Assembly: GCA_020627865.1 (NCBI GenBank)
Contig: JAHDGC010000006.1
Span: 1-28,728, forward strand
Direction of reading: 5' to 3'
Origin: Saprospiraceae bacterium
GTDB taxonomy: Bacteria > Bacteroidota > Bacteroidia > Chitinophagales > Saprospiraceae
Length of the DNA stretch: 28,728 bases
A program made the position numbers and the translations under genes. Below the pieces are notes generated by a model. The model saw only the letters and a list, made by a program, of their open reading frames with translations. It had not been told where the DNA came from and made no database searches. Shown here one piece after another: positions 9,295 through 18,354 of this stretch (its first letter is position 1; each line of letters starts with the position of its first letter).

Positions 9295-10071
9295 ATGGCA
9301 GCGCTTCGCATCACGACCATTCAATCTGATATTATCTGGGAAAATCAGAAGGCCAATCTCCGGAAACTGGATAAATATTTAAAAGGGCTTTCCGGCCAAA
9401 CTGATCTCGTCATCCTTCCGGAAATGTTCACCACCGGGTTTAGTATGACTCCCAATCATCTGGCCGAAACCATGAAAGGCGCAACCCTAAAATGGATGGT
9501 AAAAAAAGCAGCGACGATGAAAGCTGCCATCATGGGCAGTTTAATCATCGAAGAAAGTGGCCGGTATTATAACCGAATGGTATTTGCCAAACCTAACGGG
9601 AAGGTGATGACTTATGATAAAAGGCATCTTTTCGGTCTTGCCGGGGAGGATCAATCTTATACGGCCGGGCAAAAGCGGTTGATTGTCAAGTATAAAGGCT
9701 GGAAAATATGTCCAATGATCTGCTATGACCTACGCTTTCCGGTATGGAGCCGGAATAATTGTGCTTATGACCTTTTGATCTATGTGGCGAACTGGCCGGA
9801 AGTCCGGCGCAATGCTTGGAAAAGCTTGTTGGTGGCTAGGGCGATTGAAAATCAAGTTTATACGATAGGTGTAAATAGGTGTGGTGTTGACGGGACTGGA
9901 CTTGTTTATACTGGGGATACTACTGTTGCAGACTATGGTGGAGGAATACTATTTCAAACCAGCGGGCAGGAATCCGTGCATACTGTAAGGCTGGAACGGG
10001 CAAAGATGATGGGTTTTAGGGAGAAGTTGGCATTTTTGAGGGATCAAGATGTGTTTGAGATTGTCCCGTGA
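9295..10071 (+). CDS. Carbon-nitrogen hydrolase family amidohydrolase (omega-amidase / YafV-like).
   Basis: The 258-aa protein starts MAALRITTIQSDIIWEN. It carries the Glu in ILPEMF, the Lys in TYDKRHLF and the catalytic Cys in the MICYDLRFP context, as in the nitrilase superfamily. Confidence 0.8.
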   Translation: MAALRITTIQSDIIWENQKANLRKLDKYLKGLSGQTDLVILPEMFTTGFSMTPNHLAETMKGATLKWMVKKAATMKAAIMGSLIIEESGRYYNRMVFAKPNGKVMTYDKRHLFGLAGEDQSYTAGQKRLIVKYKGWKICPMICYDLRFPVWSRNNCAYDLLIYVANWPEVRRNAWKSLLVARAIENQVYTIGVNRCGVDGTGLVYTGDTTVADYGGGILFQTSGQESVHTVRLERAKMMGFREKLAFLRDQDVFEIVP

Positions 10072-10362
10072 ACGGGACTGTCGGACCGCTTCGCTGTGAG
10101 AGGTCAGACGCTGCAGAGGGACAAAAACTTGGGGATTTGAGCATTTGTTTGGGGATAGAGATCATTCGCGTAGCTCATTAGTGGGCAAAAAAATGGCAGC
10201 GCATAAAATTTATGAACTGCCAACTCGTTGTATCTTATAATTAAATTTTTTGTAATAACCCTATTAACTAACCTATTTAAAGCGCAACGAGTAATTCTTT
10301 GATGGGTTTACTTTGTTTGGTCACACAACAATGTTGCGTTTTCTGCCTATAAAACAGTCTCT

Positions 10363-10899
10363 ATGTTAAAAAACGTTCCAAAAACTTTATTGTTGTTTGC
10401 TTTTTTTGCTTTTTTGTTCAATTCTTGTGGCTCCACGTCCAAAATTTCCACCAAAAGCACTACATACAGGAAAAGCACCACAACTAAAAAAAACAAAAAT
10501 ACTTCAGCGTATCTACTTAGAAAACAGGTCATAGATTATGCCAAAAGACAAGAAGGGTCAAAATATAAGTATGGCGGCATGAATAGATCAGGTTTTGACT
10601 GCTCTGGATTAAGTTGTTTTGTGATGAAAAAAGTAAATAAGACGCTCCCACATAATTCTACCGCACAATCCAAACAGGGCAAGAAAATTCCAATAAAGCA
10701 GGCCCAAGCAGGCGATCTTGTGTTCTTCGGAAGAAATGGAAAAGTAAATCATGTCGCCATTGTCTTAGAAAATAACGGACGGGAGTTAAAGGTTATTCAC
10801 AGTACCAGTTCAAGAGGCGTAATTATTGAGGACGTGCTCCGTTCCTCATACTGGAAGCCAAAGCTCATGTTTGCTGGAAATATTTTGGATAGTTATTAG
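10363..10899 (+). CDS. NlpC/P60 (C40) peptidase lipoprotein.
   Basis: A lipoprotein signal is present (LLLFAFFAFLFNSCGS). The C40 catalytic context is DCSGLSCFV with a downstream His (NHVAIV). Confidence 0.8.
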   Translation: MLKNVPKTLLLFAFFAFLFNSCGSTSKISTKSTTYRKSTTTKKNKNTSAYLLRKQVIDYAKRQEGSKYKYGGMNRSGFDCSGLSCFVMKKVNKTLPHNSTAQSKQGKKIPIKQAQAGDLVFFGRNGKVNHVAIVLENNGRELKVIHSTSSRGVIIEDVLRSSYWKPKLMFAGNILDSY

Positions 10900-11017
10900 A
10901 AAAATCCCATTCCACACGAAAAAGTATAATAAACAGATGTTTGCTCTTCGATAATGTACCAAAAAAAGTGTATTTTCGCACTCGTTTTACATCCTAATAA
11001 AAAAAACGCATTGCATT

Positions 11018-11590
11018 ATGAAAAACATCATACTTTTTGGCCCTCCGGGTTCTGGAAAAGGAACGCAGGCAGCTAAATTGGTCAAAAAATACAACCTACT
11101 ACACATTTCTACAGGCGACCTTTTTCGTTATGAATTGGGGAACAACACGGAATTAGGACAATTAGCCAAGAGCTACATGGATAAGGGGGCTTTAGTACCG
11201 GATGAGGTGACAGTGGCTATGCTAAAGAAAAAAGTGGAAATGAATCCTGATGTGAATGGATATATCTTCGATGGGTACCCTCGTACAGTCAACCAAGCCG
11301 TTCACTTGGATTATTTGCTGAAAGGGAAGAAGCAAAAGGTTTCTGGTCTAATTGCTTTGGATGTAGATGATGAAGAAATTGTAAAAAGATTGTTGCGCAG
11401 GGGAGAAACCTCAGGTCGTGCTGATGATAAAGATGAGAAGGTGATTCGCCAGCGGATTAAGGTTTATGAGAAAGAAACTTCTCCGGTCTTTGATTATTAT
11501 GATTTGAATAAGAAATCTACTAAGGTGGATGGTATTGGAAGTTTGAATCAGATTTTTAATCGACTTTGTGAGGTTATAGATAAGGTCTAA
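11018..11590 (+). CDS. adk: Adenylate kinase (short form).
   Basis: A P-loop GPPGSGKGTQ is followed by ISTGDLFR and GYIFDGYPRT. The length is 190 aa. Confidence 0.9.
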   Translation: MKNIILFGPPGSGKGTQAAKLVKKYNLLHISTGDLFRYELGNNTELGQLAKSYMDKGALVPDEVTVAMLKKKVEMNPDVNGYIFDGYPRTVNQAVHLDYLLKGKKQKVSGLIALDVDDEEIVKRLLRRGETSGRADDKDEKVIRQRIKVYEKETSPVFDYYDLNKKSTKVDGIGSLNQIFNRLCEVIDKV

Positions 11591-11750
11591 TGTGGTGGTT
11601 GGTGATTTTTTCTTTATAGAAATATTTTAAACGCCGTAAGCATTACGACGCTACATATTAAATATTACCAATAGCACCTCATTGCAAAGTGACAATTTCC
11701 TTTTTGGAGCTTGTCACTTTGTTTTTTAAAATAAGTATGATGACAATACT

Positions 11751-12743
11751 ATGGCCGAACAAAATTTTATAGATTACGTCAGAATTTGTTGTCGCTCCGG
11801 AGCTGGTGGGGCGGGTTCTGCGCATTTTTTTCGAGATAACCGCAATGCTATGGGTGGCCCTGACGGTGGTGATGGAGGTCGTGGTGGCCACATTATCCTA
11901 CGAGGCAACAAGCAATTCTGGACACTGCTTCCTTTAAAATATCGCAAGCATGTTATCGCGGGGAAAGGTGCTCCTGGAGGTGGCAATCACCGATCGGGAG
12001 CCTACGGGGAAGATGTTTACCTTGATGTCCCACTGGGCACTGTAGCCAAGGATGCTGAAACAGGGGAACAACTTTTTGAAATCACGGAAGATCAACAAGA
12101 AGTCATCTTGCTCAAAGGTGGCCGAGGCGGTAGGGGCAATAGCCATTTTAAATCTGCAACGAACCAATCTCCCCACTATGCCCAACCGGGAGAGTCAGGC
12201 AAGGAAGAATGGAAAATCCTAGAACTGAAAGTCTTGGCCGATGTCGGGCTAGTCGGATTTCCTAATGCCGGAAAATCTACCTTGTTGGCTTCCATTACGG
12301 CAGCCAAGCCTAAAATTGCCAGCTATGCCTTTACGACTTTACAGCCTAATTTGGGTATTGTTTCTTATCGGGATCATCGTTCTTTCGTGATGGCGGATAT
12401 TCCAGGGATTATCGAAAATGCGCATGAGGGAAAGGGATTGGGCCATCGTTTTCTAAGACATATTGAACGCAATGCTACCCTGCTTTTTATGATTCCTTGT
12501 GATTCGGATAACATCATCAAGGAGTATGAAGTGTTGCTTCATGAGTTAAAAATGTATAATGAAGAGTTACTCGACAAACCCCGTGTACTTGCTGTTACTA
12601 AAAGTGACTTGATGGATGAAGAACTCAAGGAAATGATCTCTGCAGAATTGCCGGAAAATGTTCCAATTGTTTTTATTTCGGCAGTGGCGCAGTTGGGCTT
12701 GGTGGAGTTGAAGGATTTGTTGTGGACACGGATGAACAAGTGA
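11751..12743 (+). CDS. obg: GTPase Obg/CgtA.
   Basis: An N-terminal Obg fold with Gly-rich repeats ([25 protein letters not shown]) is followed by a G domain ([15 protein letters not shown]). Confidence 0.9.
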   Translation: MAEQNFIDYVRICCRSGAGGAGSAHFFRDNRNAMGGPDGGDGGRGGHIILRGNKQFWTLLPLKYRKHVIAGKGAPGGGNHRSGAYGEDVYLDVPLGTVAKDAETGEQLFEITEDQQEVILLKGGRGGRGNSHFKSATNQSPHYAQPGESGKEEWKILELKVLADVGLVGFPNAGKSTLLASITAAKPKIASYAFTTLQPNLGIVSYRDHRSFVMADIPGIIENAHEGKGLGHRFLRHIERNATLLFMIPCDSDNIIKEYEVLLHELKMYNEELLDKPRVLAVTKSDLMDEELKEMISAELPENVPIVFISAVAQLGLVELKDLLWTRMNK

Positions 12744-12808
12744 ACAATAAATTTATACCAGTAATACGATTCCTTCTATAAATTGAAGAAGTCTAACATA
12801 TCGGGTAC

Positions 12809-12877
12809 AAAGGAAAATTCTGCCCTCGCACCCTCTACATCCCCAGCGGGGTTGCCTACGCACAATTTTCCTTTTAC
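12809..12877. repeat. Composite inverted repeat between the convergent obg gene and the Cys-rich gene. Arms of about 15 bp (aaaggaaaattctgc / gcacaattttccttt) enclose a ccccagcgggg hairpin.
   Basis: The arm aaaggaaaattctgc is the reverse complement of gcacaattttccttt with one mismatch. The inner ccccagcgggg is palindromic. The left half, aaagg(g)aaattctgccctcgc(m)ccctct, recurs at 9234..9260. Confidence 0.6.
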
Positions 12878-12900
12878 TATAAAATAGTACCCCCATTTTG

Positions 12901-13323
12901 TTATCCACCCAAATTAAAGAAGCGGTTTTCATCGGAATGCTCAACATAAGTAGTGACCAATGAACAAGCCCTGCACGCCTCTATATTTCTTTGGGCATAC
13001 CACCTACAAGTTGACCGAATTGCACACTCTGGCAATTGGTCTTTCAGGTATTTTTCTTCGATGCTTTGGAGCACATTATCAATTACGCCACATTTTGTCC
13101 CTGTCCATTGTTTACATCCAGACTCAACACACTTATTCGCCACCCTTAATGTTTTCTCCGGCTTTGTTCCTGCGGCAGAGGAATGCATCTGACCGTAGAG
13201 TTCCGCTGTTATTTTTACAGGAGTTGCCAACATATCCATTTCCTCTTGCTCATTCTTAATCCCGATCAGATAAGCTCCTTTAGAAAACCGAGAGCTTGGG
13301 CAAGTCTTACTTTCATCTTTCAT
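12901..13323 (-). CDS. Hypothetical Cys-rich protein (140 aa) at the end of the peptide-export cluster.
   Basis: The ORF has protein-like composition and 8 Cys residues (CKQWTGTKCG, CAIRSTCRWYAQRNIEACRAC). It is co-oriented with and immediately downstream of the GG-leader peptide gene. I recognise no family. Confidence 0.45.
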   Translation of the reverse strand: MKDESKTCPSSRFSKGAYLIGIKNEQEEMDMLATPVKITAELYGQMHSSAAGTKPEKTLRVANKCVESGCKQWTGTKCGVIDNVLQSIEEKYLKDQLPECAIRSTCRWYAQRNIEACRACSLVTTYVEHSDENRFFNLGG

Positions 13324-13422
13324 AAAATAACATTATTTTTTCATAGACAAAGTCACTTCTTCTGTACATAAAATGTAAGAATAAAGGCATACAGGCATAA
13401 TACTATATGCCTTAATAAAGCA

Positions 13423-13596
13423 TTAATGTGGACGCTCACCCGGCGCTACCATTCCCCAAATAATTGGAGGCTCAAGGTCAATAATCGGATCGTCTGAATT
13501 TCCACCTTTAATTTGCTGAATTTCATTTTCGAGCAAAGCTTGCTTTTCGAGTGCTTTCATTGCTTTCGCGATGATTGCTTTAGCGTTGTTTTTCAT
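13423..13596 (-). CDS. 57-aa double-glycine-leader peptide (bacteriocin/pheromone-type precursor). Leader MKNNAKAIIAKAMKALEKQALLENEIQQIKGG, core NSDDPIIDLEPPIIWGMVAPGERPH.
   Basis: This is a hand translation of the minus strand and is not in the ORF track because it is shorter than 60 aa. Its LxxxEIxxIKGG matches the double-glycine leader consensus cleaved by C39-peptidase ABC exporters. It lies 68 bp downstream of the HlyD gene on the same strand, and a stem-loop (aaggcata...tatgcctt) follows its stop codon. Confidence 0.6.
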   Translation of the reverse strand: MKNNAKAIIAKAMKALEKQALLENEIQQIKGGNSDDPIIDLEPPIIWGMVAPGERPH

Positions 13597-13664
13597 CTTA
13601 AATAAATTTTAAGTTATCCTTCATTTATTTAAAGTAGCTGAAGGAATCCCTACCTATATTTTCA

Positions 13665-14798
13665 TTAACTTTTTACCGTATTCATAATTGGAATAAACCG
13701 CCCTAGCAGTCTATGCTTTCTCGTGATAATTTCCCCAACGCCGGATAAATCCTGTTGATACGAAATACCAATATTGTAGCTGCTCACTAATTGTTGGGGC
13801 AAAGCTACTTCTACCCGATATGTGTTGTTGTCATTTGGATTCTTCGAGATCGCCGAAATCTCTCCCTCAAGCATTCCAAACTCCAACTCAGGGTATCCCG
13901 AAAGTTTAATGTTAACTTTTTGAGCAGGAGCCAACTTCCTCAGTTGTACAGCTGGCACTTCCAACATCGCTACATATTTCGATGATTGTTCAGGCACAAT
14001 TGTAATAACAGGTTTGCGTTTCTTTACTTTTTGTGTTTTACCGAAATTAATTTCCAAAATATTCCCGCCTATATCCGCCAGAATAAGGTGCTCTTTTTCC
14101 CATGTTTGCACAGCAGCTTTCAGATAATTAAAATCTTCTATAACTTTTTTAAAATAACTCAGGTGATTTGTTTTATTGCCCCCACTGGCTACGGCCTGAC
14201 TGTATATCTGATTCCGCTTTTCTTGAATTTCTTTTTCATGCAACAGGTACTGAAAATAACTTTCTTCAAATTGTGCATATGCTGTTTGAAGATTACCTAA
14301 GGTAAGTTGTCCGAGTTTTTGAAAAGCAAATTCAAAAGCATAAGAGTTGAGTTGAACGGCATCTACTTCTTTTCGTAAGCGCATAACATCCTGATAGTTG
14401 GCATTACTTTTCAGCACAATTAAAGGAGTACCCTTCTTCACCAACTGTCCCTTTAGCACCAAGAATGTTCCGATCTCATCGGCAGGTTCCAGAAAAATTT
14501 CCTGTGCTGGAAATTTATTAACAATAGTTGCCTCAGCAGAAACGACATCGGGATATTTCACAAACCATGCTATGGCAATCATCAAAAAGATCAAAGTAAA
14601 AAACAATATGTTGCCCCTGCGAATCATCCAATGAGGTACAGCAGTCAGGATTTCTTGTACATTTTCTTCCCGCAGTTGAAAAGGTTCTTTATCCTTTTGC
14701 TTAATCGCATCAATATCTAACGATGGATCAATATTTTTTTTGGGAATCCGGATGGTTTGCCCATTGTCTAACTCAATAGTTACATAATTATCATCCAT
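13665..14798 (-). CDS. HlyD-family membrane fusion / secretion adaptor protein.
   Basis: The 377-aa protein has a single N-terminal TM segment (ILFFTLIFLMIAIAWFV) and a long coiled-coil plus beta-barrel region typical of type-I/bacteriocin export adaptors. It starts 6 bp after the ABC exporter gene. Confidence 0.8.
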   Translation of the reverse strand: MDDNYVTIELDNGQTIRIPKKNIDPSLDIDAIKQKDKEPFQLREENVQEILTAVPHWMIRRGNILFFTLIFLMIAIAWFVKYPDVVSAEATIVNKFPAQEIFLEPADEIGTFLVLKGQLVKKGTPLIVLKSNANYQDVMRLRKEVDAVQLNSYAFEFAFQKLGQLTLGNLQTAYAQFEESYFQYLLHEKEIQEKRNQIYSQAVASGGNKTNHLSYFKKVIEDFNYLKAAVQTWEKEHLILADIGGNILEINFGKTQKVKKRKPVITIVPEQSSKYVAMLEVPAVQLRKLAPAQKVNIKLSGYPELEFGMLEGEISAISKNPNDNNTYRVEVALPQQLVSSYNIGISYQQDLSGVGEIITRKHRLLGRFIPIMNTVKS

Positions 14799-14804
14799 AA
14801 TATC

Positions 14805-17045
14805 TTAATTTCCTAGTTCCAGTTGATTTTTAACCAGTTCATAATATTTACCTTTCTTTTCGACAAGCTCAGCATGATTTCCGACCTCTACAGCCTTCCC
14901 TTCATCCAACACAATAATCTGGTGGGCATTCTTCACGGTACTCAATCGGTGGGCAATTACCACGACGGTTCTGTTTTCAAAAAACTGGTCTAAATTACCC
15001 ATGATTGTTTTTTCATTGTTTGCATCAAGGGCAGAAGTCGCTTCATCAAAAAACAAAAATGGAGGATCTTTATAAACAGCTCGCGCAATGAGAATTCGCT
15101 GCTTTTGCCCAGTACTTAACCCAACACCCTCCATTCCTATTTTAGTATTGTAAGACAGTGGCAATTCCTCGACAAAGCTCTTGATATTGGCGATTTCTGT
15201 AGCATTATAAAGTTCATCCATATTAATTTCATCTACTCCAACACAAACATTCTCCGCGATGGTATCGTTAAAAATATATCCTTCCTGCATGACGACTCCG
15301 CAATGCTCTCTCCACGTACTTTGAGAAATTCCTTGCATATCTATATTCCCCAAAGTTATTCGGCCTTTATTCGGCTCGTAAAATTTGAGTAATAATTTCA
15401 TCAAAGTTGTTTTGCCACTGCCACTTGCCCCAACAATTGCCGTTATATTGTTAGCAGGAATCGTGATATCAAGGTTTTCCAATACAGGTCGATGCGTCCC
15501 CGGATAGCGAAATGTCAATCCCTGAATGGTAATATCCTGATCCCTAGGCATAACCTTTATCTTATTTTCATTCAACTGTTCTTCATCTTCCCTGTGGTGG
15601 ATTTCGCCAAGTCGTTCTAATGAAATTTTGGCATCTTGTAACTCTCTGAGGAAGTTGATAATCTGCATGATTGGCGCATTCAGTTGCCCAACGATGTACG
15701 TAATGGCCAACATCATTCCTAGTGTTATTTGTCCATTGATAACAAACATGGCGGCAACGATGGTAATCAGGATGTTTTTTAATTCATTAATAAAAGATGA
15801 GCCTACATTTTGGTATTGGTCTAAGGCTAGCCCCTCTACAGACAATTTGAACAGTTTTGCCTGCAAGAATTCCCAAGACCATCTTTTTTGTTGTTCAGCA
15901 TTATGCAACTTGATCTCTTGCATTCCGTTAATCAACTCAATAACTTTGCTTTGCTCCTCACTAACCTGGCTAAACTTTTTATAATCTAAAATTTTCCTTT
16001 TCTTAAAGAAAAATAACACCCATGCAAAATAAAGGACTGTCCCCGTCAAGAAGATCAGAAAAATAGTGATGCTATACCATGCCAACACCAACCCAAAAGT
16101 CAACAAGTTAATGGTTGAAAACAATACATTTAGCGAGGATGTTGTTAGAATTTTCTCAATCCTCTTATGGTCATTAATCCGTTGCAAAATATCCCCCGTC
16201 ATCCTTACATCAAAGAAGGAAATTGGTAGCTTCATCAGCTTTATAAAAAAATCAGAAATTAATGAAATATTGATTCGGGTACTCAGGTGCAACAATATCC
16301 ACCCTCGGATGACTTCAATAGAGGTTCTACCGATAAAAAGGAATAACTGGGCTAACAAAATCAAAAATATAAAACCAATATCCTTATTACTGATCCCTAC
16401 GTCAACAATGCTTTGTGTCAGAAAAGGAAAAATCAACTGTAACACACTAGCAGCGAACAAACCAATGACCAACTGAACCAAAAAGGGTTTATATTTTAGG
16501 AGATATTTGGAGATGTAAGAAAAACCAAAAGTATGTGCTTGGTCATTTGTATCATCAGAATAAAAGTTAGGTGTGACTTCCACTAATAGCACAATACCTT
16601 CACGAGTATTTACATCTGCATTACTCCCAATCCATGTTTGTAAAAATTCTTCTCTGGTATAAGTAATCAAACCAAAAGCCGGATCAGAGACATAACAAAT
16701 ATCATTTTTCACCTTATGTAATACGACAAAATGATTGTTATTCCAGTGCAAAATACACGGTAAAGAAGCTTCCATCAATTTATTGTAATCTATCTTGACG
16801 GCCATTGCGCGAAAGCCTATTTTTTCAGCTGCGAGACCAAGGCTTTTGAGATTACTTCCCATCCGATTGGTTTCTGACAATATTCTGAGTCGTTGAATGT
16901 TCAGCGTTTTACCATAATACTTTGCAATAATCTTCAGGCACGTAGGCCCACAATCTTTAGCATCCGCTTGTTTATAAAAAGGAAACCGCCCGATGGATTG
17001 TTTTCTTTTTATTGTTTTATATTTAAGAGGTAACTCAGCCGTCAT
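14805..17045 (-). CDS. Peptidase C39 domain-containing ABC transporter (bacteriocin/RiPP-processing exporter).
   Basis: An N-terminal C39 peptidase has the catalytic Cys in QADAKDCGPTCLKIIAKYYG and a His in NNHFVVLH. A six-TM domain follows. The ABC cassette has Walker A GASGSGKTTL, signature LSTGQKQR and Walker B LFFDEATSALD. Confidence 0.9.
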   Translation of the reverse strand: MTAELPLKYKTIKRKQSIGRFPFYKQADAKDCGPTCLKIIAKYYGKTLNIQRLRILSETNRMGSNLKSLGLAAEKIGFRAMAVKIDYNKLMEASLPCILHWNNNHFVVLHKVKNDICYVSDPAFGLITYTREEFLQTWIGSNADVNTREGIVLLVEVTPNFYSDDTNDQAHTFGFSYISKYLLKYKPFLVQLVIGLFAASVLQLIFPFLTQSIVDVGISNKDIGFIFLILLAQLFLFIGRTSIEVIRGWILLHLSTRINISLISDFFIKLMKLPISFFDVRMTGDILQRINDHKRIEKILTTSSLNVLFSTINLLTFGLVLAWYSITIFLIFLTGTVLYFAWVLFFFKKRKILDYKKFSQVSEEQSKVIELINGMQEIKLHNAEQQKRWSWEFLQAKLFKLSVEGLALDQYQNVGSSFINELKNILITIVAAMFVINGQITLGMMLAITYIVGQLNAPIMQIINFLRELQDAKISLERLGEIHHREDEEQLNENKIKVMPRDQDITIQGLTFRYPGTHRPVLENLDITIPANNITAIVGASGSGKTTLMKLLLKFYEPNKGRITLGNIDMQGISQSTWREHCGVVMQEGYIFNDTIAENVCVGVDEINMDELYNATEIANIKSFVEELPLSYNTKIGMEGVGLSTGQKQRILIARAVYKDPPFLFFDEATSALDANNEKTIMGNLDQFFENRTVVVIAHRLSTVKNAHQIIVLDEGKAVEVGNHAELVEKKGKYYELVKNQLELGN

Positions 17046-17077
17046 AACAATACTATTGTAGAATTATTAAATATTTT

Positions 17078-18142
17078 TTAAACGATTTCGGTTTTTAGGG
17101 ATTGCTTCAGATTGTTTTCGCTCCATGCCTTCCATTCTCCGGTATACGGATTATACCCACATTTCAGTGGTTTACTTTTGTCATTAGAAGAATCTACAGT
17201 AAAGGCACGACAATCTGTGCAGATATACCGGAACTCACAATCCTTACACACTTCAACCTGATCTTTATTCAGATTCCAATACTTTTTGAAACGCGCATCC
17301 TTTATCGCATCCCTCAGTTTTATGGTTTCAACATTACCAAAAGATTCTGGCATTGCCGGGCAATTCCGGATTTCCCCCTGCTTATCAACAGACACCTTAC
17401 CGTTCAGGCAAGTATTGTGTTTTTGGGCTTCGGAAAATGTTTTAAGATGAATAGAGAAAAATGCTTTTTCAATGACCCCACAACTCTTTTCAGAAACCAC
17501 TTTACTTGCCGTATGAATCAGGTATTTGGAATGACCTACCGGGTGGATATGTTTTCCATATGGAGAGTCATAAATATTAACCGAGTTCATCCGTTTATAA
17601 GCCTTGAATAAGGCTACAAAATCTTTATTCTCATTTTTATCCCAATACGGCAAAATGAAATCTATCCCAATGGAATTTGACTGTATGCTATCCAAATAAT
17701 CTAATATTTCCCTGAGTTCATCAACACTGGTTTTACGATAAAATCGCATTTGAACAAACCTGCAATGTAGTTCACTTAGTTGTTCCAAAACGGCCTGTAG
17801 ATCAAACGAAGAACTTTCATCAAAATCAACAATAGCGTTAGAAACCTCTAGGGGGTCTTCCCATTCAAGATTCATTTCCGGAAAAAGTTCAGGTGTATCC
17901 GTTAAAAAAGCAAACTCATTATCCAGTAAGATATTGAAATAGTTATCAATAATTTTATCGTATTTATTTTCATACGCCGCCTTGATTTCGGGGATTGATT
18001 TTCCCTTATGGATTGTCAACACGTCATACAAATCCGTAGGAATCTGGATGTAATTATGTCTTTGCAAATCACAGATGATACTATTCTGGGCACCTTTTAC
18101 AGGAATGCAATTTGCGTAAAGTAAGCACACAGCATTTTTCAT
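17078..18142 (-). CDS. SPASM-domain protein (grasp-with-spasm-type peptide maturase). No canonical radical-SAM CxxxCxxC motif is visible.
   Basis: The C-terminus carries a SPASM-like Cys array: CLNGKVSVDKQGEIRNC (Cx15C with Gly) followed by CKDCEFRYICTDC (Cx2Cx5Cx2C) and a final CGYNPYTGEW. The N-terminal 250 aa contain no CxxxCxxC triad. It sits between the ATP-grasp gene and the exporter gene. Confidence 0.65.
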   Translation of the reverse strand: MKNAVCLLYANCIPVKGAQNSIICDLQRHNYIQIPTDLYDVLTIHKGKSIPEIKAAYENKYDKIIDNYFNILLDNEFAFLTDTPELFPEMNLEWEDPLEVSNAIVDFDESSSFDLQAVLEQLSELHCRFVQMRFYRKTSVDELREILDYLDSIQSNSIGIDFILPYWDKNENKDFVALFKAYKRMNSVNIYDSPYGKHIHPVGHSKYLIHTASKVVSEKSCGVIEKAFFSIHLKTFSEAQKHNTCLNGKVSVDKQGEIRNCPAMPESFGNVETIKLRDAIKDARFKKYWNLNKDQVEVCKDCEFRYICTDCRAFTVDSSNDKSKPLKCGYNPYTGEWKAWSENNLKQSLKTEIV

Positions 18143-18354
18143 TGGAAACTGATTATTTTTGAAATAGGTTTATATAATTGTTGGCTGCTCACATTATCGC
18201 TTTGATAGCTACGGGCCGACAGTTTTACCTTGTTGGGTACTTTAGGCCTGTTTGTCACTTTTGCCATTTGTAGTGTAATGGGGAAAGCCCCAGAGACATC
18301 TTTGAGTTTAAGTTTTTTCATCACATAAAAATTTTGCAATAGCCCTTTCCACAT
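18139..18354 (-). CDS. Candidate small ORF (71 aa, or 60 aa from the internal ATG at 18321) that fills the gap between the ATP-grasp and SPASM genes.
   Basis: The gap would otherwise be 165 bp. The ORF's TGA stop overlaps the SPASM ATG as ATGA (ttccaATGAaaaatgct). From the internal start it reads MKKLKLKDVSGAFPITLQMAKVTNRPKVPNKVKLSARSYQSDNVSSQQLYKPISKIISFQ. I recognise no family, so it may be spurious. Confidence 0.25.
   Translation of the reverse strand: MWKGLLQNFYVMKKLKLKDVSGAFPITLQMAKVTNRPKVPNKVKLSARSYQSDNVSSQQLYKPISKIISFQ

Noticed and set aside
9047-9382. 111-aa Gln-rich ORF overlapping the rplY 3' end.
   Set aside because: It is an alternative frame of the Ala-rich GCAGCAGCAG tail of L25, with no independent support.
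10063-10140. Palindrome gtcccgtgaacgggac spanning the C-N hydrolase stop codon, considered as a terminator or small RNA. The downstream region was also checked for a tRNA (gcgtagctcattagtgggc).
   Set aside because: No U-tract follows the hairpin. The tRNA-like stretch lacks a T-loop (GGTTCRANYC) and proper acceptor pairing. Both remain unconvincing.
13986-17611. Plus-strand ORFs 13986..14300, 14398..14634, 15628..15984, 16066..16476 and 17102..17611.
   Set aside because: All are antisense to the strongly supported HlyD, ABC transporter and SPASM genes, and have Phe/Ile/Leu-rich low-complexity composition.
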